Shown: positions 1 to 10,377, counted from the stretch's first letter. The stretch is 41,593 bases of DNA from Acidobacteriota bacterium (GCA_024763475.1 JANTFM010000003.1:1-41593); one strand, 5' to 3'. The notes: generated from the letters alone by a model not told the origin. Numbers and translations are program-made.

Positions 1-2722
1 CATGGCTGATCCCCTGCTCAGCTCCACCCCTCCCAGGTTGATTTGACCCTCTCCCCGGCCCTCTCCCAGGTTGATGAGACTCTCTCCCAGGTTGATGAGC
101 TTCCCCTGCAAGAGGCACCGCCTGCGGAGCGTCTTTCGGGTCGGCAGACGAGAGGGGAGGAGGCGCCAGGCTGGCGGCCCGGATCACATGGGGGGGCTCC
201 GGATCCTCCCAGCCCACAACATCTTCCTCCCAGCTGCGCCAGCAGGCGGACTGGCGAAGAATGGAGAGCAGGCTTCCCGCGGCCCGCTTCCCGGAAGCCG
301 GGAAAGGGAGGATCAGGCGCTCCGCCGCGCGGGTCAGCGCGACGTAGAGCAGCCGCGCCTTCTCCGCCTGCTCCAGTTCCTTCTCGCGCGCAAGCAGCGT
401 TTCGTAACCCGGGCTCTCCAGGAAGCGAGCGAAGCGAATCTCCAGCTGCTCGCTCTCGCGATCGTGGAGGGTCACGCTGTGCCGGGAGCGGGGCTGGTGA
501 TTCACGTCAAAGAGCCCCACAATTCTCCATTCAAGGCCCTTGGCAGCGTGGATCGTCAGGAGCGTCACCCGCTCCTCGTCTTCGGCTTCGGGGCTCTCGG
601 CCTCCCGTGACAGCTCGCGCTCGGTCTTGTCCCTCAGCCAGCCGGCGAAGTCGGAGAGCCCGTAGCCGCCTCGCGCCCAGTGGTCCCGCGCCTGGTCAAG
701 CAGCTTGCGCACGTTCGCGCTCGCGCGATCCCCATGGGGCAAGCCCTCGAGGAGCAGCAGGAACTTCGTCTCATCGAGGATCTGCTCCACGAGCGCCGGC
801 GGGGCATCCTCGACCGAGCAGCGCTTCCATCGCGCGAGGGCCGTCAGCGCATCGCGCACGGCCCCTTCGCCGACATCGGGCGACGCGGACCCCAGATAGT
901 CCGCGACCAGGAAGGACCCGCCCGTCGCGCGATGCCGGGCGAGGATCTGGTCTGATATCGCGAAGAGGCGGGTCCGCAAGGCGGCGACCGCGAGCCGCTC
1001 ATCCCAGGGATCCGCCGTCGCGGCGACGACCGCTGCAATCTCACTGATCTCGGTCCGCCGGAAGAAGCGCTGGGATTTCTCTTGCCGGAAGGGGATCTTC
1101 TCCTCGTCAAAGGCCTCCTCGACAAAGTGGGCACGACTCGCCACCGCGAAGAGCACCGCGATCTCCGACCATCGAACACCTTCCAGATCGTGAGCCGCAC
1201 GAATCTCCAACGCGAGGACCCGCGCCTCCTGCCTGGCGGCGGCCTCCGCGCGAAGGTTCTCCTCGCCACCAATCGGCGCCAGGATCAGCGAGGGACCGCC
1301 ACTCTCGGCCTTGCCTGGCGCGGCCAGCAGGGTCTGCCATGCAGCCTGCCCCGCAGGATAGAGGGCCGGATCGAAGATCTCGGCAAAGAGCCTGTCGATA
1401 AGCCCCAGCATTCGGGGCGTGGAGCGGAAATTGACCGAGATGCGCTCAAGACATCCCTCCGCGTCGAGCGTTCCCACGTCTTCCTGGTAGGTCTGCACAT
1501 CGGCGTGGCGAAAGCGGTAGATCGATTGCTTGGGGTCACCTACGAGGAAGATCAGCGGACCTTCCTCTTCCGCGCGCAGCAGGCGCACGATTCGCGCCTG
1601 GATCGGGTCCGTGTCCTGGTACTCGTCGACCAGTAAGACCTTGAAGCGGCGACAAAGCGCGCGGCGCACCTCCCCCTTCGTCCGCAGGAGGCGCTCCGCG
1701 AGATAGAGCAGATCGCTCTGGGAGATCAAACTCCGCTCGAGACGCTGCTCGAGCGCCCAGGTCCGGAATCGGGCCATCGCGGCCAGCACCCTCCGGACCC
1801 GTGCCGCGAAGTGCTCCCGAATTCGGGCCGAGATCTCCTCGTCCCGGAAGACACGCAAGTCCTCACGGATCGCGGCGAGCGCTCCGCTTGCGTAGTTGCC
1901 CTTCTGCCCTTGTCTGAGTGTGATGTGAGGCAGGGAGAGAGTCTTCCCGCGGTGGAGATCGAGGAGCCAGCGCAGGCGGGCCTCGGGCGAAAGCGTCTCG
2001 AGGCGGACCAGTTCGTCTCGCAGGAGGATGAAGCTTTCCTCTAGCCGGTCTGACCCCTCGCCGACCCGGGACCCTTCGATGCGAGCAACAAGCGCCTGCA
2101 CTCCGTCGAAGAGATAGCGCCAGACGGCTTCGGCGCCCGGAGCCTCCGGAGCTTGGGCGGGCAGCCGGAGCGTCATCAGCTCCTGAACCTTCCGCGCAAG
2201 ATCCTCTAGACTCCCGAGCGCCGCGCCCCAGCCGAGCACATCGACAAACGGGGCCGCCAGGGCATCATCCTCCAACTGCACCGCGAACCACTCGGCGAAG
2301 AGCGCCACCGCCAGCTCGCGCCCTTCGGCATCTTCCGCCACGCGATAACCCGGTGCGAGACCCGCCAGAAGCGGGTACTCCGAGAGAATCGAGCCGCAGA
2401 ATGAGTGAATCGTCGAGATCTGGGCGAGTGGCAGGAGGCGCCGGGCCTCGGCCATACGTTCTGCTTCCTCGCCCTCGAGCCGGCCGATACGTTCCGAGAG
2501 CCCCCGCCGAATTCGCGCCCGAAGCTCGGCGGCCGCCTTTCGCGTGAAGGTGATCGCCGCCACCTCGCTCATGGAGTAGACACCCTGCTCGAGGCCGACA
2601 AGGATGCGCTCGACGAGCAGGGTGGTCTTGCCGGTCCCTGCACCCGCCTCGACCGCCAGGGAGAGTCCCTGTTCCTCCGCCGCACGGTCCCGCGCCGGCT
2701 GATCCTGGGGGAGGCTGCTCAA
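1..2722 (-). CDS. addA: ATP-dependent helicase/nuclease subunit A (AddA, UvrD-like), 3' end outside window
   Basis: Hand-translated from TTG at 2722 (TTGA overlap with the addB stop). Motifs: AVEAGAGTGKTT (Walker A), AITFTRKAAAEL, ISTIHSFC, LLVDEYQDTDPIQ, VGDPKQSIYRFRHAD, NFRS, LTIHAAKGLEW, RLLYVALTRA. Frame stays open to position 2, which explains its absence from the ORF track. Confidence 0.93.
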   Translation of the reverse strand, partial: MSSLPQDQPARDRAAEEQGLSLAVEAGAGTGKTTLLVERILVGLEQGVYSMSEVAAITFTRKAAAELRARIRRGLSERIGRLEGEEAERMAEARRLLPLAQISTIHSFCGSILSEYPLLAGLAPGYRVAEDAEGRELAVALFAEWFAVQLEDDALAAPFVDVLGWGAALGSLEDLARKVQELMTLRLPAQAPEAPGAEAVWRYLFDGVQALVARIEGSRVGEGSDRLEESFILLRDELVRLETLSPEARLRWLLDLHRGKTLSLPHITLRQGQKGNYASGALAAIREDLRVFRDEEISARIREHFAARVRRVLAAMARFRTWALEQRLERSLISQSDLLYLAERLLRTKGEVRRALCRRFKVLLVDEYQDTDPIQARIVRLLRAEEEGPLIFLVGDPKQSIYRFRHADVQTYQEDVGTLDAEGCLERISVNFRSTPRMLGLIDRLFAEIFDPALYPAGQAAWQTLLAAPGKAESGGPSLILAPIGGEENLRAEAAARQEARVLALEIRAAHDLEGVRWSEIAVLFAVASRAHFVEEAFDEEKIPFRQEKSQRFFRRTEISEIAAVVAATADPWDERLAVAALRTRLFAISDQILARHRATGGSFLVADYLGSASPDVGEGAVRDALTALARWKRCSVEDAPPALVEQILDETKFLLLLEGLPHGDRASANVRKLLDQARDHWARGGYGLSDFAGWLRDKTERELSREAESPEAEDEERVTLLTIHAAKGLEWRIVGLFDVNHQPRSRHSVTLHDRESEQLEIRFARFLESPGYETLLAREKELEQAEKARLLYVALTRAAERLILPFPASGKRAAGSLLSILRQSACWRSWEEDVVGWEDPEPPHVIRAASLAPPPLSSADPKDAPQAVPLAGEAHQPGRESHQPGRGPGRGSNQPGRGGAEQGISH
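32..96. repeat. Three copies of CCCAGGTTGAT inside addA, encoding (H/N)QPGR repeats
   Basis: Exact 11-mer at 32-42, 65-75 and 86-96. In the addA frame this reads EAHQPGRESHQPGRGPGRGSNQPGRGG. Confidence 0.85.
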
Positions 2723-5700
2723 GGGTGCTGCTCCACGAGCGCGGTATGGCGGCGGTAGCGCGGATCTTCGCTCTTGCGCTCCTCGATCCACGCCTGGTGC
2801 GGGCCGCAGACCACGCGGTAGTCACACGAGCTGCACTCGGCCCCGCCGTTGGGGAGCGGGAGGAACTCACCCCGCACAGCGAAATCCCGGAGTCCGCTGA
2901 CGAGTTCGCCGAGTTCCTCCCGACGAGAGAGGAGGTAGGGCCGATCGACCACGAACTCCCCTTTCCGGGGAGACGCTTTGAGGGAGACGACCCGGAACTG
3001 CTCGACGCCCTGCGCGTCGCGCTCCGCAGCCGGCAGGCGTTCCTCGAGCAGCCTCGCATAGAGAGGGACCTGCAGGGAGCGGCCCCCCTGGTAGAGTTCG
3101 CCCTTCTCGGGCCTCGGGTATTTCTCGTTCTTCGACCACTTGTAATCCACGACGCGATGCCCGCCGGCAGCATCCCGGTCGACGCGGTCGGGGCGTCCCC
3201 TGACCTGCAAGGAGCTGCCGGAGATCGTGAGTTCCCCGTCGAGCGGAACTTCCATTTGTGCCACCCGCAAGCCTTCCGTTCGCATGCGCTGCACTTCGAC
3301 GAGCACGTAGCGCTCCAGGCAGCTGCGGATCCGCATCGACTCGGCATTCCACAGGGCTCTCGAGCCGAGCGCTCCCTGGGCGATCACCTCTCGGATCCTC
3401 AACGCGACCCAGCGCGGAATGCGTTCGAGCAGCTCGGAGTCCTTCTCCGCCGCAGGGGGCAAGCCATCCTCGAAGGTACGGAAGAGATCCTCGAGGACCC
3501 GATGCGCGACCGCCCCCACGTCTCTCGGCTGGGGCGGCGTGATCGCCGCCGCGTCCTCCCAAACCCGCAACCCGAGCAGATGACGCAGGAAGAAGCGAAA
3601 GGGGCAGCGCGCAAGTTCTTCGAGTCCGGTGACCGAGAAGGCATCACTCGCCGCCAGCCCCCTCCCAACGAGACCGCAGTATTCGTTGTACTCCCTCTCG
3701 CGCAGGCGCAAGCGGTCGGCCCGCCGGCTTCTCGCCAGATCCGTGTAACTTGCAAGATGAGCGGAGAGTTCCGCATCGTCCTCGCGCACCGCGGCGATGT
3801 CGTATTCTTCGACTCGAAGCAGGGCTCGGCCGGCGTCCGTCTCGCTCAAGCCAGGAGGGGCAGAGGAGATCCGCTCCACGGCGGGAGACGCCGCGGGATT
3901 CTCCGGGTCGAGCACCTCGCCGGAACGCTCTTCGATCAGCCGGGCGAGCGGATCCACGGGCTGCCGCGTCTGGCCCTTCACGTCGTCGAGACGTGGCCAG
4001 CTGAGGACCACGCTCGACTGGCCAGCGGCCAGGCCGAGAGAGAAGAGAAGATCTCGCTCACGGAAACGGTCTCCAGCCCGTTTCAACAGACAGCCATAGC
4101 GTTTGACGAGCCGTTCCCGCGCGATGTCTCCCAGGATCGGATCGGGGTGCCCGGGAGGCGCAAAGTTGTCGTGGGAAAGCCCGGTGAGCCACACGGCGTC
4201 GAGTCTCAGGCCCCGGGCATGGTTCCAATCCAGGAGCAGCACGCCCTCGCCCCCCCGGCGCCCCTCGAGACCGCGCCCCTCGTCTCCCTCGCCGACACGG
4301 CTCTGCACCTCGAGCAAGCGCTCCAGCCACAACTCAAGTGCCAGATCGCTTCGGGGAGCAATCCCCAGCTTGTCCCACCCGCTCAACAAGCGCGCGGCGT
4401 CCCTGGCAGCTTCGAACAGCGCGCCACCCGCCGCATGCTCGAGACCGAGCTGGCAGGTCATGCCGATCAGGTCGTGGGAGATCTCGGACCAAGCTCCCTT
4501 TCGCTTTCCTTTGTGCTCCAGCGCCCTGCGGAAGGCGCCGAGCGCGTCGAAGAGCGCCGCGGCCATCTCCGCCACCCGCCCGACCTCAACCGAGCGAACG
4601 CTTCGCGAGCTCGGCGCAGGCCGGCCCTCCCCTTGTTTCGCCTCCCAGGCCTCCTCCCGCGCGAGTCCCTTCCTGAGCCGTCGCAGCAGGGCCTCCCACA
4701 CGGTCGGATCGACTCCGCCGCAGCCCGCAAGGCGCAGGATGCGGTCCACCGCCGAGGGCGACAGGGCCGGATCATCCTCCGCCTCGAGCCGTGCCCGCAG
4801 GACCGCGCTCACCTCTCCGCGACCCCCCTCACCGGCCGCCAGCGCGATCACCGCGCGGAGGGCCCGCCCGTAAGGCCGCTCGAGAAGCCGCCGGGGCGAG
4901 CGGCCGCAGACCGGAATACCCGCCCTCTCGAACTCCTCACGCAGGAGGCTCTCCTGCCGAGCAGCACGGGACATCAAGACCGCCATTCTGCCGAACTGGC
5001 CCCCTTGTCTGGCAGCCCCCAGCAGGTCTCGTGCGATCTCCCGTGCCTCGGCTCGATCTCCCGGACAGCCGAGAATCCTGATGTCACCAGCGGGCAACCC
5101 ATAGGCCGCGCCGACCGCATCGCGACCTCCCGTAAGTTCCGTCTCACGCAGCGAGAACCCTCGGCTCTCGGCCCAGACGAGGAGTTCCTCGAGGAGTTCA
5201 CAGGACGGACTGTCGGGCGGTGCTGCCGGGCAGAGCCATGTCACCTCATTGTGACGGCCAATCTCGGCAAGGAGTTCACGCTGGAGCCCGGTGAGGTCGT
5301 AGATCCCGTAGACCAGCACTTCCTTTGCGCCACCGGGGAGCGGGGCACCCTGCGCCGCCCGGTAGAGCGTGGCATCATCCGCAAGACCGTGGCGCGTGAG
5401 ATGGGCGTCATAGCGCCTGAAGATCCGGGCCAGATGCTCAAAACGGAAGCGTTCCTCGCCCCTGAGCTCACCGAGAATCTCCTTCGCCGGAAGATCCTCG
5501 AGGCCGCTCTCCCGCAGATCCCGAATCGCCCGCGCCATGGCGACGGCAACCGGAAGCTTCAGCGCAAGGTCCCCGTAGGGGCCCGCATCCTCCGCGAGGA
5601 GATCGGCCGCGATCACTCGGTCCGCGTGGGGCGGCATGATCCATGCGTCGAGCCTCGGCGAGGCCATCTGCCGCGCCAGATCGGGCAGCGTCACCATGTG

Positions 5701-5883
5701 GAGACCCACCGCGCCGGGGCTCCCCTCCGCGACTCTCTGTAGGAGATTCCGCCCCACGGCCGCCGACGCGGTGACGACCACCCGTGGTATCCCCGCTCCC
5801 CCCTCAATCCAGCCTCGGAGCAGGTTCCGGCCCATATCGGGCAGCAACCCCGGGGGAACGGTCAGGAGTGTTACGGACGACAT
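2719..5883 (-). CDS. addB: AddB-like PD-(D/E)XK nuclease subunit with Fe-S 'staple' cysteines
   Basis: 1054 aa. C-terminal SVTGLEELARCPFRFF, RGRPDRVD, VVDYK and CSSCDYRVVC. Directly coupled to addA. Confidence 0.88.
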   Translation of the reverse strand: MSSVTLLTVPPGLLPDMGRNLLRGWIEGGAGIPRVVVTASAAVGRNLLQRVAEGSPGAVGLHMVTLPDLARQMASPRLDAWIMPPHADRVIAADLLAEDAGPYGDLALKLPVAVAMARAIRDLRESGLEDLPAKEILGELRGEERFRFEHLARIFRRYDAHLTRHGLADDATLYRAAQGAPLPGGAKEVLVYGIYDLTGLQRELLAEIGRHNEVTWLCPAAPPDSPSCELLEELLVWAESRGFSLRETELTGGRDAVGAAYGLPAGDIRILGCPGDRAEAREIARDLLGAARQGGQFGRMAVLMSRAARQESLLREEFERAGIPVCGRSPRRLLERPYGRALRAVIALAAGEGGRGEVSAVLRARLEAEDDPALSPSAVDRILRLAGCGGVDPTVWEALLRRLRKGLAREEAWEAKQGEGRPAPSSRSVRSVEVGRVAEMAAALFDALGAFRRALEHKGKRKGAWSEISHDLIGMTCQLGLEHAAGGALFEAARDAARLLSGWDKLGIAPRSDLALELWLERLLEVQSRVGEGDEGRGLEGRRGGEGVLLLDWNHARGLRLDAVWLTGLSHDNFAPPGHPDPILGDIARERLVKRYGCLLKRAGDRFRERDLLFSLGLAAGQSSVVLSWPRLDDVKGQTRQPVDPLARLIEERSGEVLDPENPAASPAVERISSAPPGLSETDAGRALLRVEEYDIAAVREDDAELSAHLASYTDLARSRRADRLRLREREYNEYCGLVGRGLAASDAFSVTGLEELARCPFRFFLRHLLGLRVWEDAAAITPPQPRDVGAVAHRVLEDLFRTFEDGLPPAAEKDSELLERIPRWVALRIREVIAQGALGSRALWNAESMRIRSCLERYVLVEVQRMRTEGLRVAQMEVPLDGELTISGSSLQVRGRPDRVDRDAAGGHRVVDYKWSKNEKYPRPEKGELYQGGRSLQVPLYARLLEERLPAAERDAQGVEQFRVVSLKASPRKGEFVVDRPYLLSRREELGELVSGLRDFAVRGEFLPLPNGGAECSSCDYRVVCGPHQAWIEERKSEDPRYRRHTALVEQHP

Positions 5884-7265
5884 ACCCAGTGGCCTTCGGC
5901 AACGCGGGCCGCGAGAGCCCGGCGCTCGAGTTCGAGGAGGATCGACAGGGTCTGAGTCTCAATCAGCGGTTCCGGTGCGCGGGGCGTATCCGCGTAGGCC
6001 GCCGACGCAATCGCCGCGACAGGCTGCGGAAGCTCGCTCAGCAGGTCGAGCACCTGGCGCTCACGCGTCCTCCGGTGCCGGAGCATCCGTGCCGCCGCGC
6101 TTCCGGGCAGCGGCGGGCCGTGGGCGGGAAAGAGCAGGCGGAAAGCCCCTTCATCGACCCGGCGCAGCGAGGCGAGATAGGCCTCCATGGATCCCTCTTC
6201 GGAATCGATCACGATCGTCGAGAACGCGCTGAGGAGATCTCCTACGAGCAGGCCAGCACGCTCGAGAATCCTCAGCGCGAGGTGGCCCGGCGCATGGCCC
6301 GGCGTGTGCCAGACTTCGAGGGTCATACCGTCGAGGTCGAGCTGTTCTCCCTCCCCAATCTCCCGAGAATCCAGGCCATTGAGCCCCGGCGTTCGCGAGA
6401 GCGTCTCGGCATGGGCCAGCACCGGAAGCGAGAGCCGGGACGCCAGCAACTCGACACCCGCCACATGATCGTCGTGATGGTGCGTGAGGAAGATCGCCTC
6501 CGGGCGCTGCCCGTCCTCCTGTCGCCGCCTGATGACCGCAAGGAGGCGTTCGATCTCGCGGGGCTCGGGAGTCCCGGGATCCACGATCAAGTAGCGCGTC
6601 CCCCCGGGCATCCAGACGTTGGTATGGCTCGCCGGCGGCAGGGTCCGCGAGGCGAGCGGCAGCATCCAGACCCCAGGGATGAACTCGATCCGGTGGCAAG
6701 CCTCCTGCTGCAGGTTGGCCGCACCCAGCCTCCTGGCGAGTTCCTCGAGCGGCTCTCCTTCCGCCGCGGCCAGAACGCGCAGCTGTGGAGGGAGAATCGG
6801 CGGCACGTCGATCTCGCCTCGCTCCCATCGTTCCAGCAGCTCTGCGGGCCGCACGAAGCGCAGGACCTCGATCTCCTGCGGCTGCGGTGCTTCCGCGGGC
6901 GCCTCGCACCCGGGGGGAGCCCATGCGACGAGAAACTCGGTGTAGAAACGCAACGGGAAGAAGGGCGGCGTGACGAGGAAGCCGGCTGGCAGCCATTGAG
7001 CTACAGGAACAACGATCCCGGTCTCCTCCGCCAGTTCCCTCGCAACGCAACGACCATAGGCCCCGGGCATCTCCGGCGCATCCTGAGCCTCGAGCGAACC
7101 GCCCAGGCAGGCCCAGTGGCCCGGCAGAAAGCGCGAGCGTCGTGAACGCTGACCGACGAGGAGTTCCCAGCGGCCCACCGCGTCTTTGCGAAAGAGCATC
7201 CCAACGCCGCTCTTCCGTGGCTCCGGAGGCTCTGCGGGGGCTATAGCTAGCGGCCGCTCACTCAT
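5871..7265 (-). CDS. Nudix hydrolase + metallo-beta-lactamase-fold (LACTB2-like) fusion
   Basis: N-terminal GG...ARELAEETGI Nudix box and RFYTEF. C-terminal THHHDDHV, HTPGHAPGH, GD and PAHG MBL motifs. Stop overlaps the addB start. Confidence 0.85.
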   Translation of the reverse strand: MSERPLAIAPAEPPEPRKSGVGMLFRKDAVGRWELLVGQRSRRSRFLPGHWACLGGSLEAQDAPEMPGAYGRCVARELAEETGIVVPVAQWLPAGFLVTPPFFPLRFYTEFLVAWAPPGCEAPAEAPQPQEIEVLRFVRPAELLERWERGEIDVPPILPPQLRVLAAAEGEPLEELARRLGAANLQQEACHRIEFIPGVWMLPLASRTLPPASHTNVWMPGGTRYLIVDPGTPEPREIERLLAVIRRRQEDGQRPEAIFLTHHHDDHVAGVELLASRLSLPVLAHAETLSRTPGLNGLDSREIGEGEQLDLDGMTLEVWHTPGHAPGHLALRILERAGLLVGDLLSAFSTIVIDSEEGSMEAYLASLRRVDEGAFRLLFPAHGPPLPGSAAARMLRHRRTRERQVLDLLSELPQPVAAIASAAYADTPRAPEPLIETQTLSILLELERRALAARVAEGHWVCRP

Positions 7266-7329
7266 CTGGAACTCGCTCCTCGTCAGTGCGAAGAAAATCC
7301 GATGTCCATCAGTTCATGAGGACTTCCGG

Positions 7330-8361
7330 CTAGAGTACGCCACGCTTCTCCTGGTCGCGTTCAATCGAACGGAAAAGCGCTCCAAAGTTGCCTTCGCCGA
7401 AGGAATAGTTGTTCTTGCGCTGGATCAACTCGATGAAGATCGGCCCGATCACGTTCCGGGTGAAAATCTGCAGCAAGTAGCCGAGCTCGTTGCCATCGAC
7501 GAGAACCTTGTGGCTCTTGATACGGGCGCGATCCTCCGTAACGTTAGGAACGCGCGTGAAAACCTCTTCGTAGTACTCGTCATCGATGTCGAGAGTCTCG
7601 ATTCCTGAACCCTCCAGCTGGTCCAGGCTGGCGAGGAGGTCGTGGCTGAGAAAGGCGAGGTGCTGGACGCCGGGCCCCTTGTACTCGCGCAGATACTCGC
7701 TGATCTGCGACGCCTCCTCGGTCCCTTCGTTGATGGGAATGCAGAAGGACCCGTCGGGAGAACGCAGGGCGTAGGACGTCAATCCGGTCTTGACCCCCTT
7801 GATGTCGAAGTAGCGCACCTCGGTGAATCCGAACACGCCTTTGTAGAAATCGGCCCACTCCTGCATGGTGCCCTTCTCGACGTTGTTGGTCAGGTGGTCG
7901 ATGACGATGAAGCCCTTGTCCGCGACGAGGCTCGGATCCGGATGCTCGACGAACTCATCCATGTAATGCGTACCCTGGGCATCGATGAAGTAAATCAGCG
8001 AGTCACCGATGCCGTAGATCGCGGGCGCGTTGCCGAAGGGGTTCGAACCTTCATAGGCGCGCGCACCTCGCTCGACGGCTGTCTTCAAGGCCAGCTCGGC
8101 ATCACGGACCTGCCACCCCATCGAACAGAGGGATGGCCCATGCAGCTTGCCGAACTCCGCCGCGAAGCCCTTCGCGTCGCGATTGACGAGGAAGTGGATG
8201 GAATTCTGCTGATAGGAGTCGATCGGCCGGCTCTTGTGCTGCATCACGCGGGAAAAGCCGAACGCCGTGAACAAGGCGTCAAACTGCTCCGTGTCGGGAC
8301 CAGTGAACTCTGCGAACTCGATGCCCAGCAGGCCCACGGGATTCATTGGATTCGTGCTCAT
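7330..8361 (-). CDS. hppD: 4-hydroxyphenylpyruvate dioxygenase
   Basis: IDHLTNNV, GPGVQHLA, LLQIFT, FIELIQRK and FGEGNFGALFRSIERDQ motifs. Confidence 0.96.
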   Translation of the reverse strand: MSTNPMNPVGLLGIEFAEFTGPDTEQFDALFTAFGFSRVMQHKSRPIDSYQQNSIHFLVNRDAKGFAAEFGKLHGPSLCSMGWQVRDAELALKTAVERGARAYEGSNPFGNAPAIYGIGDSLIYFIDAQGTHYMDEFVEHPDPSLVADKGFIVIDHLTNNVEKGTMQEWADFYKGVFGFTEVRYFDIKGVKTGLTSYALRSPDGSFCIPINEGTEEASQISEYLREYKGPGVQHLAFLSHDLLASLDQLEGSGIETLDIDDEYYEEVFTRVPNVTEDRARIKSHKVLVDGNELGYLLQIFTRNVIGPIFIELIQRKNNYSFGEGNFGALFRSIERDQEKRGVL

Positions 8362-8378
8362 CCTCTACCTCGCTTTCC

Positions 8379-9479
8379 TCACTTGGTTTGCCAACTCTTC
8401 CAGTAGTCCTTCCACTCCGCGTCCGTGAACTCAGCACTCATCTGCAGCGGGAAGCGCGTATCGATCATCACGGCCTTCTCGTTGGTGCGCTCTTTCCCGC
8501 GGGCGGCCTTGATCGCTCCCTCCTGGGGCCCATGGTGAATCCCCTGGGGATGGAAGGTGATCATGCCAGGCTTGATGCCCTCGCGGGAGAAGAACTCGCC
8601 ATCGTGATAGAAGAGCACCTCGTCGTAGTCGATATTCGAATGATAGAAAGGCACCTTCAACGCGCCAGGATCCCCGGTCTCGAGGGGACGCGGCAGGAAG
8701 CTACAGATCACCACGTTGTGCGTGATGAACGTGATATGGGCTGTCGGCGGCAGGTGGTAGCGCTCGCTGTGAACCGGGCGAATGTCTCGAACATTCAGCT
8801 GCCACACGGTCAGGTCTCCCTTCCAGCCGACGGTGTTGATCGGGTTGAAGGGATAGAAGACCGAGGTGAGCGCGCCAAGACGCTTGATCTTGAGTTCCCA
8901 CTCGTCCCGCTCCTCGGCAACCGGGTCCTCCTCAGGAGTCGGCACCTTGATCATCGCCGGATCGAAGAGCGCATGCTGGCCAAGCGGACCCCGGTCGGGA
9001 ATCGCGATCTCTCCGCTGGTCTCGATAACCAGGAGCTGCGTCTCGCTCTCAGGGAACAGGCGATAGACGGTCCCCCGGGGGATGACGAGATAGTCTCCCT
9101 GCTCGTAGCTCAGCGGACCGTAGTCCGTCTCGATGCGCCCGGTGCCCGCATGAACAAAGAGGGTCTCATCCCCATCCGCGTTGCGGAAGTGATAGGGCAT
9201 CGCCGACCCGATCTTCGAGCTGCTGATGATGCAATCGTTGTTGTGAAGCAGGGGGACGCGCCCTTCGAGATAGTCGCCTCCCGCTTCGGCGAGCTTCATT
9301 GCATCTATCGCGTGGGGCTTGAGCTCGCCCTCAATGCGGCTCCAGCCAACGGGAGCCTGCCTGCGATAGAGATGGGCGTAGCGCCCGAAGAAACCCTTGC
9401 GTCCGACTTCCTCCTCCACGGTTCCCTCGGGAATATCGACGTGGGCCTGGCGGGTGATTCGGCCTCGCGTGAACAGCAT
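8379..9479 (-). CDS. hmgA: Homogentisate 1,2-dioxygenase
   Basis: FRNADGDE, GDYLVIPRG, VVICSFLPR, PFYHSNIDYDE and HPQGIHHGP motifs. Start moved to ATG 9479, behind AAGGAGAGG. Confidence 0.92.
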   Translation of the reverse strand: MLFTRGRITRQAHVDIPEGTVEEEVGRKGFFGRYAHLYRRQAPVGWSRIEGELKPHAIDAMKLAEAGGDYLEGRVPLLHNNDCIISSSKIGSAMPYHFRNADGDETLFVHAGTGRIETDYGPLSYEQGDYLVIPRGTVYRLFPESETQLLVIETSGEIAIPDRGPLGQHALFDPAMIKVPTPEEDPVAEERDEWELKIKRLGALTSVFYPFNPINTVGWKGDLTVWQLNVRDIRPVHSERYHLPPTAHITFITHNVVICSFLPRPLETGDPGALKVPFYHSNIDYDEVLFYHDGEFFSREGIKPGMITFHPQGIHHGPQEGAIKAARGKERTNEKAVMIDTRFPLQMSAEFTDAEWKDYWKSWQTK

Positions 9480-9649
9480 CGTCCCTCTCCTTACTAGTAC
9501 GTATCGACCGGTTAGCAATGCACGAGAATACGTCGGCATGCTCCGGCGAGCAAAACTCCTCAAAGCTTGCCCAAATTCGCGCGCGAAACTACCTTGCTCT
9601 TTGCTTCGTTTCGCCAAGGATAGCGGATCGGTCCGCTCATGGAGGAGAT

Positions 9650-10351
9650 ATGCGTAAGACTACGATAACACTCGCTGTATTGCTGTTTGCTTTCGTCTCG
9701 CCAGCCCTCGCGCTCGGCCCGGTCGATGTGGAGGTCGGCGCAGCCTACTGGCTGAGCGACACGAGCCTCGACTTTGCCGGAGAAAGCCTCAGTGCGGACT
9801 CTGCTGACATGAATCTCTGGGGTCAGATCTGGGTGACGAAGTGGGGAGCCAAGGCGGCGATCTACAAGACCGATCTCGATCACAAGGAGTTTGACGGCAG
9901 TTTCCAGATTGACTACACGAGCCTGGATCTGCGCTACAAGGTCCTCGAACTCACGGACAACAACTTCATCGCGGTGGGTGTCGGCTATCAGAAGGTCGAG
10001 TTTGATTCAGTAGACGCAAGCAGTCTCGACACGACGGGCTGGCGCGTGAGCACGGAAGCCCACATCGGCCTCGGGCGCATGATCAACTTCTACGGAGATG
10101 GCGCCTACTACTTCGGGCTGGACGACATCTCGCAAGAGGGGGACACCCTCGCCCGGGATCCCTCCGGCTGGGAACTCGAAGTGGGCGTCTCGTTCAAACC
10201 GGCCCCCTTCCTGAACATCCGCGCCGGGTATCGCAAGAGTTCACTCGATATGGACATCCTTGACGGCGGCCCGCGAAAAGACATGCCTTCTACGTATGGT
10301 TACTCCATCGATTCCGATGGGTTCATCCTCGGCGTGAGTGCCAACTTCTGA
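9650..10351 (+). CDS. Outer-membrane beta-barrel protein
   Basis: ATG 9650 after GGAGGAG. Signal peptide MRKTTITLAVLLFAFVSPALA, amphipathic beta-strands, and C-terminal ILGVSANF ending in Phe. Confidence 0.8.
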   Translation: MRKTTITLAVLLFAFVSPALALGPVDVEVGAAYWLSDTSLDFAGESLSADSADMNLWGQIWVTKWGAKAAIYKTDLDHKEFDGSFQIDYTSLDLRYKVLELTDNNFIAVGVGYQKVEFDSVDASSLDTTGWRVSTEAHIGLGRMINFYGDGAYYFGLDDISQEGDTLARDPSGWELEVGVSFKPAPFLNIRAGYRKSSLDMDILDGGPRKDMPSTYGYSIDSDGFILGVSANF

Positions 10352-10377
10352 GCTGAGCTGCTCTTGAAGCAGGAACG

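Noticed and set aside
43-1636. Plus-strand ORFs at the window start
   Set aside because: They are antisense to addA, which has all the helicase motifs.
2725-5742. 1005-aa plus-strand ORF and similar long antisense ORFs (e.g. 17920-19557, 22494-23879, 36641-37867, 39957-41075)
   Set aside because: These are shadow frames of real genes, expected at high GC, and show no recognisable motifs.
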